Notes: generated by a model not told the origin, from the letters alone. Positions 46,308 through 57,200 are shown, numbered from the stretch's first letter. The stretch: 64,000 bases of DNA from Candidatus Latescibacterota bacterium (GCA_965261395.1 OZ253462.1:3936001-4000000), one strand, 5' to 3'. Made by a program: numbers and translations.

Positions 46308-47126
46308 CTAAGTAGTCCAGGTCACGGGGGGTGGATTGACGCCGTACTGCTCGGCCCAGTCGATCAATGCTTGGGGTATTTCGTCGACGTTGCGATAGCC
46401 GCCCAAGAGCTGCCCGTTGATGTCGTTGGTCGTCCGCTGCAATACCCGTTGGTCCGGTGGATCGAGATATTGATCCGTCTTCATCCAGCGGTAGGCGTAG
46501 CCGTAGATCACCACCTTTGAGGTGCGCTGGCTCAAATTGGGGGCCGCCGTGTGGAACGTGCGGTTTTCAAAGAGGATGGCGTCGCCGGCGTGCAATAGCG
46601 GATCGACCACTGTCGGCGGATCGACCGCGTCTGCGGGAATGGCTAGGGGCGTCTCATTGCGATGCGTACCGCGGGCCATCATGGTCATGCCGGAGTTGGG
46701 TTTGGCAAAGTCGGTCAGGCAGTAGCACACCTTTATGCCGAGGCGCGGCAAGCCGGCTTGTCCCAGATCTTCGGCAATGCCAATATCGCGATGCCAGCCG
46801 CGCCTCGGAGCTGTGGTGTGCGGATCTTGGGGTTTTTTGTAAATCAGCGAGGCCGAGTGGAGTTGGATATTGGGCGAGAGCAACTGCACGATTAAGGGAA
46901 CGGTTGCCGAGTTGGAGACGAGTTGGTCGAAAGCTTCCTCTTGGACGACGCCCTGGCGCAATTGCATCTGGATCTTTGCTGGATCGTCGAGGAACGATTG
47001 CAGCAAGCGATCGCTTGCGCTGGTCAGGCCGGCCACGGTTGCGGCATCGATGGCTTGCGGGATAATGAGAAAGCCGTCGGCCTCAAAAGCGCGGCGCTGC
47101 GCGTGGGTCAATGGGACGAATTGCAT
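46308..47126 (-). CDS. Phytanoyl-CoA dioxygenase (PhyH) family Fe(II)/2-oxoglutarate dioxygenase
   Basis: F..DGFL, WHRD (HxD), GTH and AGDA.LF....FH; an alternative GTG start lies at 47147. Confidence 0.88.
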   Translation of the reverse strand: MQFVPLTHAQRRAFEADGFLIIPQAIDAATVAGLTSASDRLLQSFLDDPAKIQMQLRQGVVQEEAFDQLVSNSATVPLIVQLLSPNIQLHSASLIYKKPQDPHTTAPRRGWHRDIGIAEDLGQAGLPRLGIKVCYCLTDFAKPNSGMTMMARGTHRNETPLAIPADAVDPPTVVDPLLHAGDAILFENRTFHTAAPNLSQRTSKVVIYGYAYRWMKTDQYLDPPDQRVLQRTTNDINGQLLGGYRNVDEIPQALIDWAEQYGVNPPPVTWTT

Positions 47127-47266
47127 TTTTCTCCCGAGTTGAATCACATCGGCATCCTATTCGCCTCCAAAATAGGGCCTAACTATCCCCCAACCAACTT
47201 TTCCTGAAGGGAAGGACACCAGGAGTTTTCAGACAGCTTCTTAAACTCCCGGTGCGGTCTCGGTAT

Positions 47267-48334
47267 CTAGCGCACCACTACTTGCCCCACTTTGACGCGG
47301 CGCGCAGTGCCCTCCGGCCCCTGGACGGTGAGCACGACCGTGTATTCCCCGGCTTCTTTATACTGATGTATGGGATGTTGTTCGGCAGTAGTGGTGCCAT
47401 CGTCAAAATCCCACGACCAAGAGGTAATGGTGCCGTAGGAAAGGTCTTTGAAGGCCACTAATCTGCGTTCCATATCCACCACTTGGAATTCCCACTGCGC
47501 TTCGAGCGGCTCGCGCAAGTGACTCGCGAGCGGCATGAGCCGAAAGGCGCACAAATTCGAGGCGTTTGAGTCCATGCGGGTCTTGTGGGAGAGATTCCAG
47601 AACCCCTCGTATGAACTATTGTTCTCGTCGTAGTCGAGCACGGCCCACGACAGTCCGATGAGGGCATTTTCCACCAGCTTGGATACTACCGCTCGCTCGG
47701 GGCCCTCATAGGGGGCGTAGTCAAAAGGGGTGATCCAAAATTCGAGCACCAGCCGGCCACTTTCGCCCTCGGCAAAATCGTAGGAGTACGCGTGGTTGGC
47801 GTAGGGCAGCCGGCCGATCCACGGCTGACAGCCCCAGACGAAAGCCCAATCCCGGCCCGCTCCAGGCGGCGTGAAAATGTGGTAGTTCTGCGCGTGTATT
47901 CCCTTAAACGCAAAGTGGCTGTCCCACTCATCTAATTGGGGGTTGTGGATGTTGGGACCACCCGAGCGGTCCGCATCGACGGCGACTTCAAAAATATCCC
48001 CGCGACGGTAGTGCATGTTCCAGTAGTCATCGTGGGCTTCATAGAGGAAATAGAGCCGGTTTAAACCATTAACCCAGCCCACCCGCACGGCGACGTCTAG
48101 GTCTTCGAGGTCGTGGTTGGTGCCTTTGCCCTTGACGGTTTCCGCGAGTTCCTCGGTGCCAATTACATAGGATTCGGGTACGATCTCCCAGTCGTCGGTC
48201 TGTCCATCAATGCGGGGTATCATAGTGGGAGGGAACTGGAAGATCGCGAACTCTTTGTCGGGACGTTCAAGTGCTTGGGCAGGGGAAAGGGTCAACAGAG
48301 CCAGTCCTAGGAATCCAGCCAGATTTCGCTTCAT
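47267..48334 (-). CDS. Secreted protein with a CBM9/DOMON-like domain and a C-terminal PKD domain
   Basis: Signal peptide; P.IDG...DW and LYF.....DD; C-terminal F.DLS.G.ITSWSWDF.DG.......P.H.Y...G.YTV.LTV. Confidence 0.8.
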   Translation of the reverse strand: MKRNLAGFLGLALLTLSPAQALERPDKEFAIFQFPPTMIPRIDGQTDDWEIVPESYVIGTEELAETVKGKGTNHDLEDLDVAVRVGWVNGLNRLYFLYEAHDDYWNMHYRRGDIFEVAVDADRSGGPNIHNPQLDEWDSHFAFKGIHAQNYHIFTPPGAGRDWAFVWGCQPWIGRLPYANHAYSYDFAEGESGRLVLEFWITPFDYAPYEGPERAVVSKLVENALIGLSWAVLDYDENNSSYEGFWNLSHKTRMDSNASNLCAFRLMPLASHLREPLEAQWEFQVVDMERRLVAFKDLSYGTITSWSWDFDDGTTTAEQHPIHQYKEAGEYTVVLTVQGPEGTARRVKVGQVVVR

Positions 48335-48498
48335 ATTGGAAAATCCTCCACAGTGGGGTTGGGTATAGCGGCGGAAATTAAACGAAAACGCCTAAGTACA
48401 CGACAGTAGAAGCGGTATGAGATACTCTCTTTGTGTTCAAGGGTTTTATGCAGCGCTTCGCACGACTTCCCGGAAAACACCATACCCGCCTTTATTAT

Positions 48499-48634
48499 CA
48501 AATCGCCTTTAGGCCGTAAAGCCCCAGCCTTTAGGCTTGGGATATAAGGCTGTGCTTTAGCCCCTCTTTTGCTACCTTCCTCTTGCCCTAATTCTCTGCT
48601 TAGATATATCTATGGTATGCGCAAGACGTTCAAA
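48499..48634 (+). mobile_element. IS200/IS605-family left-end remnant with the first codons of a tnpB-like gene
   Basis: TTAT|CAAA..., then AAAG followed by the imperfect hairpin CCCAGCCT-TT-AGGCTTGGG and ATATAAGGC; ATG 48617 encodes MRKTFK (TnpB-like N-terminus) before the similarity stops. Confidence 0.65.
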
Positions 48635-48645
48635 TTGGTAGGGTC

Positions 48646-50592
48646 GTGGTCGCCAACGCCCATCCATTGACCCCGTCCCCCGTCCGGCCGCTCTGGGCCT
48701 TGTCCGCGGGGACGGCCTTGAGCGTTCTAGTCGCTTTTTGGGGGCCCTATAATAGCTTGGTGGTGCGCGGTTCCTACCTGACTATTGACTTTACCACCGC
48801 GGCCGCAGTTTTCCTGCTGTTTTTCCTCGCCCTGTTCGTCAATGGTCTGCTACGCCGTTTCCTCCCCTACCTAGCTCTGTCTGCGGGGGAACTGGCCATT
48901 GCCTATGTGATGGCGGCCATTTCCTGTTCTATATGTACCATGGGGCTGACCCTGTACCTGATTCCCATCCTGCCGGCGATTTCCTATCTGGCCTCCCCCG
49001 AAAACCAATGGGCCGAACTCATTCATCCCTTTGTGCCGCACTGGCTGGTGCCCCAAGGCGAGGACGTCATCCGCGGCTTTTACGAGGGCATTGCCCGCGA
49101 CCAGCCCATTCCTTGGATGGCTTGGATCCGCCCCCTGCTGAACTGGCTGCCAGTCTTGTTGGGCCTGTACATGGTCATGATCGCGCTGGCCATTCTCTTC
49201 CGCCGCCAGTGGATCGAATACGAGCGCTTGGCCTATCCCCTGGCCCAACTGCCCCTGGTGATGGGCACCCAGCAGCCCGGTCGCGCCCTCAATCCCTTTT
49301 TTCGCAGTCCGGTGATGTGGATCGGCTTTGCCGTCCCCTTCATCGTCACTTCGCTCAACGGCCTCAACGCCTACTTCCACTTCATCCCCCGCATCGTCCT
49401 CAACACCAGCGTACCCGTCTTCCACGGCATGGAGGGCCTGACCATCAACCTCAGTTTCCCCATGATGGGCTTTGCCTACCTCATTCACCAGGAAGTGGCG
49501 CTCAGCGTCTGGTTTTTCTATTTGCTGGGCTACGCAGTCAAAAACTATTTCAGCGTTATCGGCCTCACCCGCACCCTCGACCTAGATATCTACACGCAGA
49601 GCGATGGCGGCCCGATCATGGCCTTCGTCCAGTTCGGTGCCCTCATGGCCTTGGTGGGCCACACCCTGTGGATCGCCCGTCGGCACCTGCGGCAGAGCTG
49701 GAAGGCGGCCCTGCATCCGGAAATCGCCTCCAGCGACGACTTTTCGGCCCGGGCCGTTTATCTGCAACTATTTCTGGGCTTGGCGCTGATGACCGGATGG
49801 TTTATTGCCATCGGGGTGCCTTGGTGGGCCGCCCTTAGTTTTGTGCTGATGGCTTCGCTCACCTTTCTGGGCATCACCCGCATTCTCTGCGAATCGGGCT
49901 TGGCCGCCACCCGGGCTCAATTGATCACCCCCACGGTGGTCCGCAGTTTTTTCGGTACCCAGGGGCTGGGTGCCCCCGGTACCATAGGCGTGCTTTCCTT
50001 CGGCCAGGTGTGGATGAGCGATGTGCGCACCTTTGTCATGGCTGCGACGGCCAACGGCCTCAAGCTGACCGAATCGATCCGCAACAAGGGCTTGGTCCTG
50101 GGCAGCATGATACTGGCAGTGGTCCTGAGTCTGGGCGTATCGGTGTGGACGACCCTATACTACGCCTACGAGAGCGGTGCCAACAACGCCAATACTTGGT
50201 TTTTTCTCAACGGCCCCCGCTACACCGTTGACTTTGCGGCCAATTATCTGCGCAATCCGGCCGGACCAGATTATAGCGGCCTAGGCCTGATGGCTTTGGG
50301 CGGGGCGGTCATGGCCGTCCTCTACTGGATCCGCAGTCATCTGCTGACCTTCCCCATCCACCCCATAGGCTGGGCCGTCTCGCAGATGATGCTGACCCGC
50401 CACATCTGGTTCAGTGTCTTTTTAGTGTGGCTGTTCAAGGCCGTGCTGATGCGCTACGGCGGCCCCCGGGTGCTCAAGGCAGTGCGGCCTTTTTTTTTGG
50501 GGCTTATCCTCGGTCAATTCGCCGTTATCGCTTTTTGGCTGATCGTCGACCTGATCACGGGCGAACAGGGGCACGGGCTCTACTGGGTATGA
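48646..50592 (+). CDS. Multi-pass membrane protein, DUF6785/DUF6784-like (putative transporter)
   Basis: Many TM segments; W..W..P...W, RQW..YERL.YPL, P.HP.G and W..K....RYGG.......PFFLGL. Confidence 0.75.
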   Translation: MVANAHPLTPSPVRPLWALSAGTALSVLVAFWGPYNSLVVRGSYLTIDFTTAAAVFLLFFLALFVNGLLRRFLPYLALSAGELAIAYVMAAISCSICTMGLTLYLIPILPAISYLASPENQWAELIHPFVPHWLVPQGEDVIRGFYEGIARDQPIPWMAWIRPLLNWLPVLLGLYMVMIALAILFRRQWIEYERLAYPLAQLPLVMGTQQPGRALNPFFRSPVMWIGFAVPFIVTSLNGLNAYFHFIPRIVLNTSVPVFHGMEGLTINLSFPMMGFAYLIHQEVALSVWFFYLLGYAVKNYFSVIGLTRTLDLDIYTQSDGGPIMAFVQFGALMALVGHTLWIARRHLRQSWKAALHPEIASSDDFSARAVYLQLFLGLALMTGWFIAIGVPWWAALSFVLMASLTFLGITRILCESGLAATRAQLITPTVVRSFFGTQGLGAPGTIGVLSFGQVWMSDVRTFVMAATANGLKLTESIRNKGLVLGSMILAVVLSLGVSVWTTLYYAYESGANNANTWFFLNGPRYTVDFAANYLRNPAGPDYSGLGLMALGGAVMAVLYWIRSHLLTFPIHPIGWAVSQMMLTRHIWFSVFLVWLFKAVLMRYGGPRVLKAVRPFFLGLILGQFAVIAFWLIVDLITGEQGHGLYWV

Positions 50593-50693
50593 AAACGGCC
50601 CAACGCAAAAGCCCTCCTGAGCGGCAGCTTCAATAATAATGAAGAGGATCTACCAGTGGCACCCTACCTCTCCCAACAGAAAGGAGTTCGGAA

Positions 50694-52592
50694 ATGGATA
50701 CACGGCTGGGCGCGGCCAAACATGTTAGTACGCCGTGGGCCTTGCGCCGCTATCAGACGCTGGCGGAGTGGGAGCAACGAGCGGCGGCGATCCGCCGGCA
50801 CATTCTCGTCTGCACGGGATTGTGGCCGCTGCCGGAGAAGACGCCGCTCAAGGCGCAGGTTTTTGGGCGGATTGAGCGAGAGGGCTATGCGGTGGAAAAG
50901 GTCTTTTTCGAGAGCCTGCCTGGCTTCTTTGTCTGTGGCAATCTGTACCGGCCGCTGGGCGAGGGTCCTTTTCCGGCGCTTGCCTGTCCGCACGGCCACT
51001 GGGGGCGAGGGCGTCTCGAAAACACTGAGCTGGGGTCGATTGCTGGCCGCTGCATCAACTTCGCGCGGCAGGGCATGGTGGCCTTTTCGTACGACATGGT
51101 CGGCTATAACGACAGCGACCAATTCGTGCATCGGGAGATTGGGGGGCGGCGCGAGGCCCTGTGGGGGATCGGCGCGTTGAGCTTGCAACTGTGGAACAGC
51201 ATTCGGGTGATTGACTTCCTCGCATCGCTGGCGGATGTGGATGCCGAGCGCATTGGCTGTACGGGCGCGTCCGGTGGGGGGACGCAGACCTTTTTGCTGA
51301 TGGCGGTTGATGAGCGGATCAAAGCGGCGGCTCCCGTCAACATGGTCTCGGCCTTTATGCAGGGCGGCTGTCGCTGCGAGAATCAGGGGCACTTGCGGCT
51401 GGACATCAACAATGTGGAAATCGCGAGCTGCATGGCACCGAGGCCCTTGTTACTGGTGTCGTGTACTGGCGACTGGACGGCGAACACGCCGGAGGTTGAG
51501 TTCCCGGCGGTGCGGGCGATCTACGGTCTCTACGGGGAGCGAAACAAGGTGAGCGAGGTCCAGATAGACGCCGAGCACAACTACAATAAGCCGAGCCGCG
51601 AGGCGGTGTACGCGTTTTTCAAGCGCCATCTGCTCGGTGGGCAAGGACGGGTCGCCGAACAGCCGTTTGCCGTGGAGCAGGACGAGGATTTGCTGGTGTT
51701 CAACGGGCGTGAGAAACCAGCCCATGCGCTCGGCTCGCAGGGGATCTTCGCGGCCGTGATCGCCCGCAGCGAGAAGCAATTAGCAGCGCGGTTGGCATCA
51801 GCTCGCATCCATCGCTTCCAGTGGCAGACGCGCCCGGCACTGGCGAATCTGCTCGGGGTGGATGCCACGCCTCAAGTAGCGGTCGAGAGCTTGGGCTTTC
51901 GCCGGGAGGAGGGCTATGTGGCCGAGGAACTGGTCTTGGGGCGCGTGGGCCGAGGCGAGCGGGTGCGCGCGATGTTTTTTCTTCCGCGTGGTCCTCGAGG
52001 CAAGGTGCCAGCGACGCTTATTGCCGATGCGCATTGGGCAGACGATGCGCCGGGTGCGTTGGCGCAGGGCTTGTTGCAGGCGGGTGGGGCCGTGCTGGTC
52101 GTCGCTCCTTTTCTGGCTGATGGCGCTGAGCGGGAAGGGCACGACGAGGAGGATCCCCTGTACCACACCTACAATCAGGCGACGATGGCCTGTCGGGTGC
52201 AGGACATCCTCACGGGTCTGGCCTATCTGGACCAGCACCTGCGCGTGGGCAAGCGCCACCTCGTCGGCCAGGGCGAGGCTGGCATCTGGTGCTTGTTTGC
52301 ACGGGCGCTGACAGATGGCGTCAGTAGCACCGCGGTGGACTGGGGCGGCTGCGATTTAGGAGATGACGAAGCGTGGAGCGGAGCGCTTTTTGCGCCGGGG
52401 ATTCGCGCGTTGGGCGATGTGCGGACGGCACTGGCGTTGTGTGCGCCAGGGCGGCTGTTGGTGCATGGGGCCGGGGAGCATTTCCCGGAGCGCATCGCCA
52501 AGCGATGCTACCGCGCGGCGGGCAAGGGAACGCAGCCCGTGGTCGAGGCTGAGGGGATGAGCGAGGATGCGATTGTCGATTGGATCAGCTAA
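50694..52592 (+). CDS. Alpha/beta hydrolase, acetylxylan esterase-like, with a degenerate second domain
   Basis: CPHGH, YDMVG, GASGGG nucleophile elbow, APRP and HNY. Confidence 0.8.
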   Translation: MDTRLGAAKHVSTPWALRRYQTLAEWEQRAAAIRRHILVCTGLWPLPEKTPLKAQVFGRIEREGYAVEKVFFESLPGFFVCGNLYRPLGEGPFPALACPHGHWGRGRLENTELGSIAGRCINFARQGMVAFSYDMVGYNDSDQFVHREIGGRREALWGIGALSLQLWNSIRVIDFLASLADVDAERIGCTGASGGGTQTFLLMAVDERIKAAAPVNMVSAFMQGGCRCENQGHLRLDINNVEIASCMAPRPLLLVSCTGDWTANTPEVEFPAVRAIYGLYGERNKVSEVQIDAEHNYNKPSREAVYAFFKRHLLGGQGRVAEQPFAVEQDEDLLVFNGREKPAHALGSQGIFAAVIARSEKQLAARLASARIHRFQWQTRPALANLLGVDATPQVAVESLGFRREEGYVAEELVLGRVGRGERVRAMFFLPRGPRGKVPATLIADAHWADDAPGALAQGLLQAGGAVLVVAPFLADGAEREGHDEEDPLYHTYNQATMACRVQDILTGLAYLDQHLRVGKRHLVGQGEAGIWCLFARALTDGVSSTAVDWGGCDLGDDEAWSGALFAPGIRALGDVRTALALCAPGRLLVHGAGEHFPERIAKRCYRAAGKGTQPVVEAEGMSEDAIVDWIS

Positions 52593-52613
52593 CCACCAAC
52601 AAAGGAAGACGAC

Positions 52614-53672
52614 ATGGCAGAAAAGTACCGAGTGGGCATTATCGGCTGCGGCAGCATTGCCAACTACCACATGAACGGCTGGAATGGGGTGGACCAAGTC
52701 GAGGTGGTGGCGCTGGCCGACCCAGTGGCTGTGGCGCGAGAGGAGTTCGGCCAGCGGCATGGGATCGCCGAACGCTATGAGGATTTCCGCCAGATGCTCG
52801 ACGCGGAGGCGCTCGACATCGTCTCGATTTGCACTTGGCACAAGTTGCACGCGCCGATGACGATTGCCGCCTGTGCGCGCAAGCCCAAAGCCGTGCTGTG
52901 CGAAAAGCCCATGGCGACGAGTCTGGGCGATTGCAACGACATGCTAATCGCCGCCCAGCGCAATCGCGTCAAGCTGGCCATTGCCCATCAGCGCCGCTTC
53001 AATCCGGCGTGGACTTTGGCCAAGGAACTAGTAGCAGAAGGGGCCATCGGCGAGGTGCGGCAGGTCAACGCACGCGGCGGACAGGGCTTGCTCAACGATT
53101 GCTCGCACCTGTTGGACATGATGCGCTACGTGATGGGCGATCCACAGGCCGTGTGGGTGATGGGCAATATCGAGCGCAAGACCGAGCGCTTTGAGCGCGA
53201 CATCCCCATTGAGGATCGCAGCTTGTGCGTAGTGCAATTCGACAATGGGGCCATCGGCCAGCTTTTGCAGGAATTGGCCGGCCCGAACTACCAAGGCGGG
53301 ATTTTCTACGGCTCGGAGGGCATAATTGAACTCGACGAGAGCAAGGTACGGCTGCTCAACAGCAAGACTGGCACTTGGGAGGAGCGTCCGGGCGAGGGCG
53401 AGGACCCCAGCGTTGGGCAGCAGCGCGAGATCGTGGAGTGGATCGAAGGCAAGGTCGAGCATCGCGGCCAAGCGGAAAACGGCCGGGCAGCAGTGGAAAT
53501 CATCATGGCCACGTACGAGTCGGCGCGGCTACACGAGGTGACCGCGCTGCCTTTGCGGACGATGGCTTCGCCGCTGGAGGTGATGATCGAGGCGGGGGAT
53601 TTGCCGGTAGAGCGCCCGGGCCGCTACGACATCCGCGCCTTCCTGCTGCGCGGCGAGGATATGCAGCCATAG
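52614..53672 (+). CDS. Gfo/Idh/MocA family oxidoreductase
   Basis: GIIGCGSIA, LCEKPMA, HQRRF and SHLLD. Confidence 0.92.
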   Translation: MAEKYRVGIIGCGSIANYHMNGWNGVDQVEVVALADPVAVAREEFGQRHGIAERYEDFRQMLDAEALDIVSICTWHKLHAPMTIAACARKPKAVLCEKPMATSLGDCNDMLIAAQRNRVKLAIAHQRRFNPAWTLAKELVAEGAIGEVRQVNARGGQGLLNDCSHLLDMMRYVMGDPQAVWVMGNIERKTERFERDIPIEDRSLCVVQFDNGAIGQLLQELAGPNYQGGIFYGSEGIIELDESKVRLLNSKTGTWEERPGEGEDPSVGQQREIVEWIEGKVEHRGQAENGRAAVEIIMATYESARLHEVTALPLRTMASPLEVMIEAGDLPVERPGRYDIRAFLLRGEDMQP

Positions 53673-53708
53673 GACCAGACGAAAATTGAGACCCATAGGA
53701 GAAAGGTG

Positions 53709-54191
53709 ATGGCGGACTCTCTTGCCGACCAGATTGTGCGAAAGGTCGGGCCGGCCGCCAGTCTTTATAATCGTCTGGTGTTGGTCGTCGCACCGGCAGG
53801 CGCAGGCAAAACCACTGCGTTGCAGGATGTGCAGAATCGCACTGGTGCGCCCTTGGTGAATGTCAACCTTGAGCTTTCGCGCCGGATGCTGGAACTGACC
53901 GAGCGCCAGCAGGCCTTGCAGCTACCTCGTCTTCTTCAAGGGATAGCCAGAGTCAGCAATAGTGGCGATGAGACCATCCTACTCGACAACATCGAAGTCA
54001 TATTCGACATTAGTTTGCAACAGGATCCGCTTCGGCTACTCCAGGGACTCTCTCGCAATAAGACTGTGGTGGCCGCATGGAACGGCACCATCGTTGACGA
54101 TTATTTGACCTATGCCGCTCCGGGGCACCCGGAGTACAGACGCTATCCGATGCGTGATTTCCTGGTAGTAAGCCCAGAGATGACGATATGA
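53709..54191 (+). CDS. brxF: BREX type 3 P-loop protein BrxF
   Basis: [37 protein letters not shown] and LTYA.PGHPEY; first gene of the cluster. Confidence 0.88.
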   Translation: MADSLADQIVRKVGPAASLYNRLVLVVAPAGAGKTTALQDVQNRTGAPLVNVNLELSRRMLELTERQQALQLPRLLQGIARVSNSGDETILLDNIEVIFDISLQQDPLRLLQGLSRNKTVVAAWNGTIVDDYLTYAAPGHPEYRRYPMRDFLVVSPEMTI

Positions 54192-54225
54192 AACCAGCAA
54201 ATTCTACTGTAAGAGAGCAGATGCG

Positions 54226-57200
54226 ATGAAATACGGGGACCTGATCCAATTTGAACCTATTGAGTCCGTGATCCAGTTGCGGGACGCCAACGAAGCCACT
54301 GCCGCCCGGCGGCTTGTCGAGACCTACGTCATCTCCGAGGAGATGGCAGAAAAGCTGACGGGCTTGGTTCTTCCCCAGTTGCAGTTCGATCAGCCCACTG
54401 ACAACAAGGGGCTTCTGGTGGTGGGCAACTACGGCACGGGTAAATCCCACCTCATGTCGGTGATCTCTGCACTTGCGGAGAATCCCGACCTTGCTTCCAG
54501 CCTCAACAACGCCGATGTGGCGGCTGCTGCCGGAAAAATCGGTGGCCGGTTCAAGGTGGTCCGTACCGAGATCGGAGCCGCCACTATGTCCCTGCGAGAC
54601 ATCCTTGTGGCGGAACTGGAAGAGCAGCTTGGTGTGCTGGGAGTAAGCTACAACTTCCCCTCCGCCGATCAGGTAGTCGGCAATAAACGCTCCTTTGAAG
54701 AGATGATGAGCGCGTTCCACCAAGAATTTCCAGACCACGGTCTGCTGCTCGTGGTGGACGAACTGCTCGATTATCTGCGTACCCGCAGGGACCAAGAACT
54801 CGTCTTGGATCTGAGCTTCCTCCGTGAGATCGGCGAGGTTTGTAAAGACCTGCGATTCCGCTTCATAGCCGGCGTCCAAGAAGCCATTTTCGATAGCCCC
54901 CGCTTTTCCTTCGTGGCCGACAGTATCCGCCGTGTGAAGGATCGGTTCGAGCAAGTGCTAATTGCCCGTAGAGACGTCAAGTTCGTGGTGGCGGAGCGGC
55001 TGCTCAAGAAGACAGGCGAGCAACAGGTCAAAATACGCGAATACCTTACGCCCTTCGGCAAATTCTATGGCCAGATGAACGAGCGCATGGATGAGTTCGT
55101 CCGACTCTTTCCGGTGCATCCCGATTATATAGATACCTTTGAGCGGGTGAGCGCTGTGGAGAAGCGCGAGGTGTTGAAGACACTCTCTCTGGCCATGAAG
55201 AAAATGCTCAACCAAGACATGCCAGACGACCATCCCGGGCTTACTGCCTACGACACCTACTGGACTAACCTCCGTGAGAACCCCTCGTTTCGCGCCGTAC
55301 CGGACATCAGGGCGGTCATCGACTGTAGCCAAGTGCTGGAGTCCCGCATCCAGCAGGTGTTCACGCGCCCGGCCTATAAGCCCATGGCACTGCGGCTCAT
55401 CCATGCCCTTTCGGTGCACCGGCTTACCACTGGCGACATCTACGCCACCCTAGGCGCAACGGCCGAGGAGTTGCGGGACGGGCTTTGCCTGTATCAACCG
55501 GGTATTGAGGAGTTGGGCGGCGATCCCGCCGCCGATCTGCTCTCTCAGGTGGAGACCGTCCTCCGGGAAATTCACAAGACGGTCAACGGTCAATTCATTT
55601 CATCGAACTCGGACAACCGGCAGTTCTATCTCGACCTGAAGAAAACCGACGACTTTGATGCGCTGATCGAGAAGCGTGCCGAGAGTCTCGATGACTCCCA
55701 GCTAGACCGTTACTACTACGAGGCTCTGAAACGGGTCATGGAGTGTACGGACCAGACCTACGTCACTGGCTACAAGATCTGGCAGCACGAGCTGGAGTGG
55801 CTGGAGCGGAAGGCAGTACGGCAGGGGTATCTCTTCTTCGGCGCGCCTAACGAACGCTCCACCGCCATCCCACCGAGGGACTTTTACCTCTATTTTATTC
55901 AGCCCCTTGATGCGCCGTATTTCAAGGATGAAAAAAACTCCGACGAGTTATTCCTACGGCTCACCAACATGGACAGCGAGTTCCGCACGGCACTCGGAAA
56001 CTACGCTGCGTCTCTGGACTTGGCTTCCACTTCATCGGGGCACGCCAAGTCCACCTACGAGTCCAAGTCATCCCATTTTCTGCGGGATTTGGTGCAGTGG
56101 CTACAAAAGCATACAACCGACGTTTTCGAGGTCGCCTATCAGGGGCGTTCTAAGTCGCTCACCGAATGGGCCAAGGGTAAGTCGATCCGGGAACTGTCCG
56201 GCCTCGGCTCCCATGAGCGCATCAATTTCCGCGACTTGGTCAACACTATCGCTGGAGTTTGTCTGGAAGCGCACTTTGAGGATCAGGCACCTGAATATCC
56301 CTCCTTCTCGGTGCTCATTACGGGGACCAACCGGGACCAAGCCGCCCAGGACGCACTGAGGGCCATCGCCGGCCAAAACCGCACCAAACAGGCGACAGCA
56401 GTACTGGATGCCCTACAACTGCTCGACGGCGAACGCCTCAATCCTGACAAGTCCAAGTACGCTAAACACATCCTCGGGCTGCTCGAAAAGAAGGGCCATG
56501 GGCAGGTGGTCAATCGCTCCGAATTGATCCAGGAGGACAAGGGGGTGGAGTACATGGATAAGGATCGTCAGCGTCTGGAGCCTGAATGGGTTGCTGTCGT
56601 CCTAGCCGCGCTGGTCTATTCCGGCGATCTGGTTCTCGCCATTCCGGGCAAGAAGTTTGACGCCACCGGCCTGCCGCAATTGGCAGGGACTAGCGTGGAC
56701 GAACTCGCGCAGTTCAAGCACATTGAACGGCCCAAAGACTGGAATCTGCCGGGTCTCAAGGCCCTATTTGAACTGCTCGGTCTCACGCCCGGCTTGGCAC
56801 AGCTAGTCACCCAGAACGAGGAAGACCCGGTCCGACAGTTGCAGAAAGCCATTTCCGAATCAGTGGAAAAGCTGGTGCTCCTGCAGCAGAGCCTGCAACG
56901 CGGTCTGATTTTTTGGGACCGGAACCTGTTGGCCGAGGAAGAAACACAGAAATTCCGCGCACGGCTCGATGAGACTAAGACCTTCCTAGAAACGCTCCAG
57001 GTATATACTTCGCCCGGTAAGCTCAAGAATTTTCGCTACGACGCTCAAGAGGTCGCATCTCATCGGGAGGGGCTCGATTCCCTAGCTGAGATCGAATCCC
57101 TCCAAGGACTAGTGGCCGATCTCGGCACTACTGCGTCCTTCCTCTCCACCGCCGAGGCGGTGCTGCCTGAGAAACACGAGTGGGTGAACAAGACGAAAGA

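Noticed and set aside
47217-47254. Imperfect inverted repeat CACCAGGAGTTT...AAACTCCCGGTG
   Set aside because: Single copy with a long loop and no U-tract; cannot be assigned as a terminator or REP
53667-53700. CCATAGGA 8-bp direct repeat at the BREX boundary as an att site or target duplication
   Set aside because: Too short, both copies are on the same side of the island, and the second overlaps the RBS
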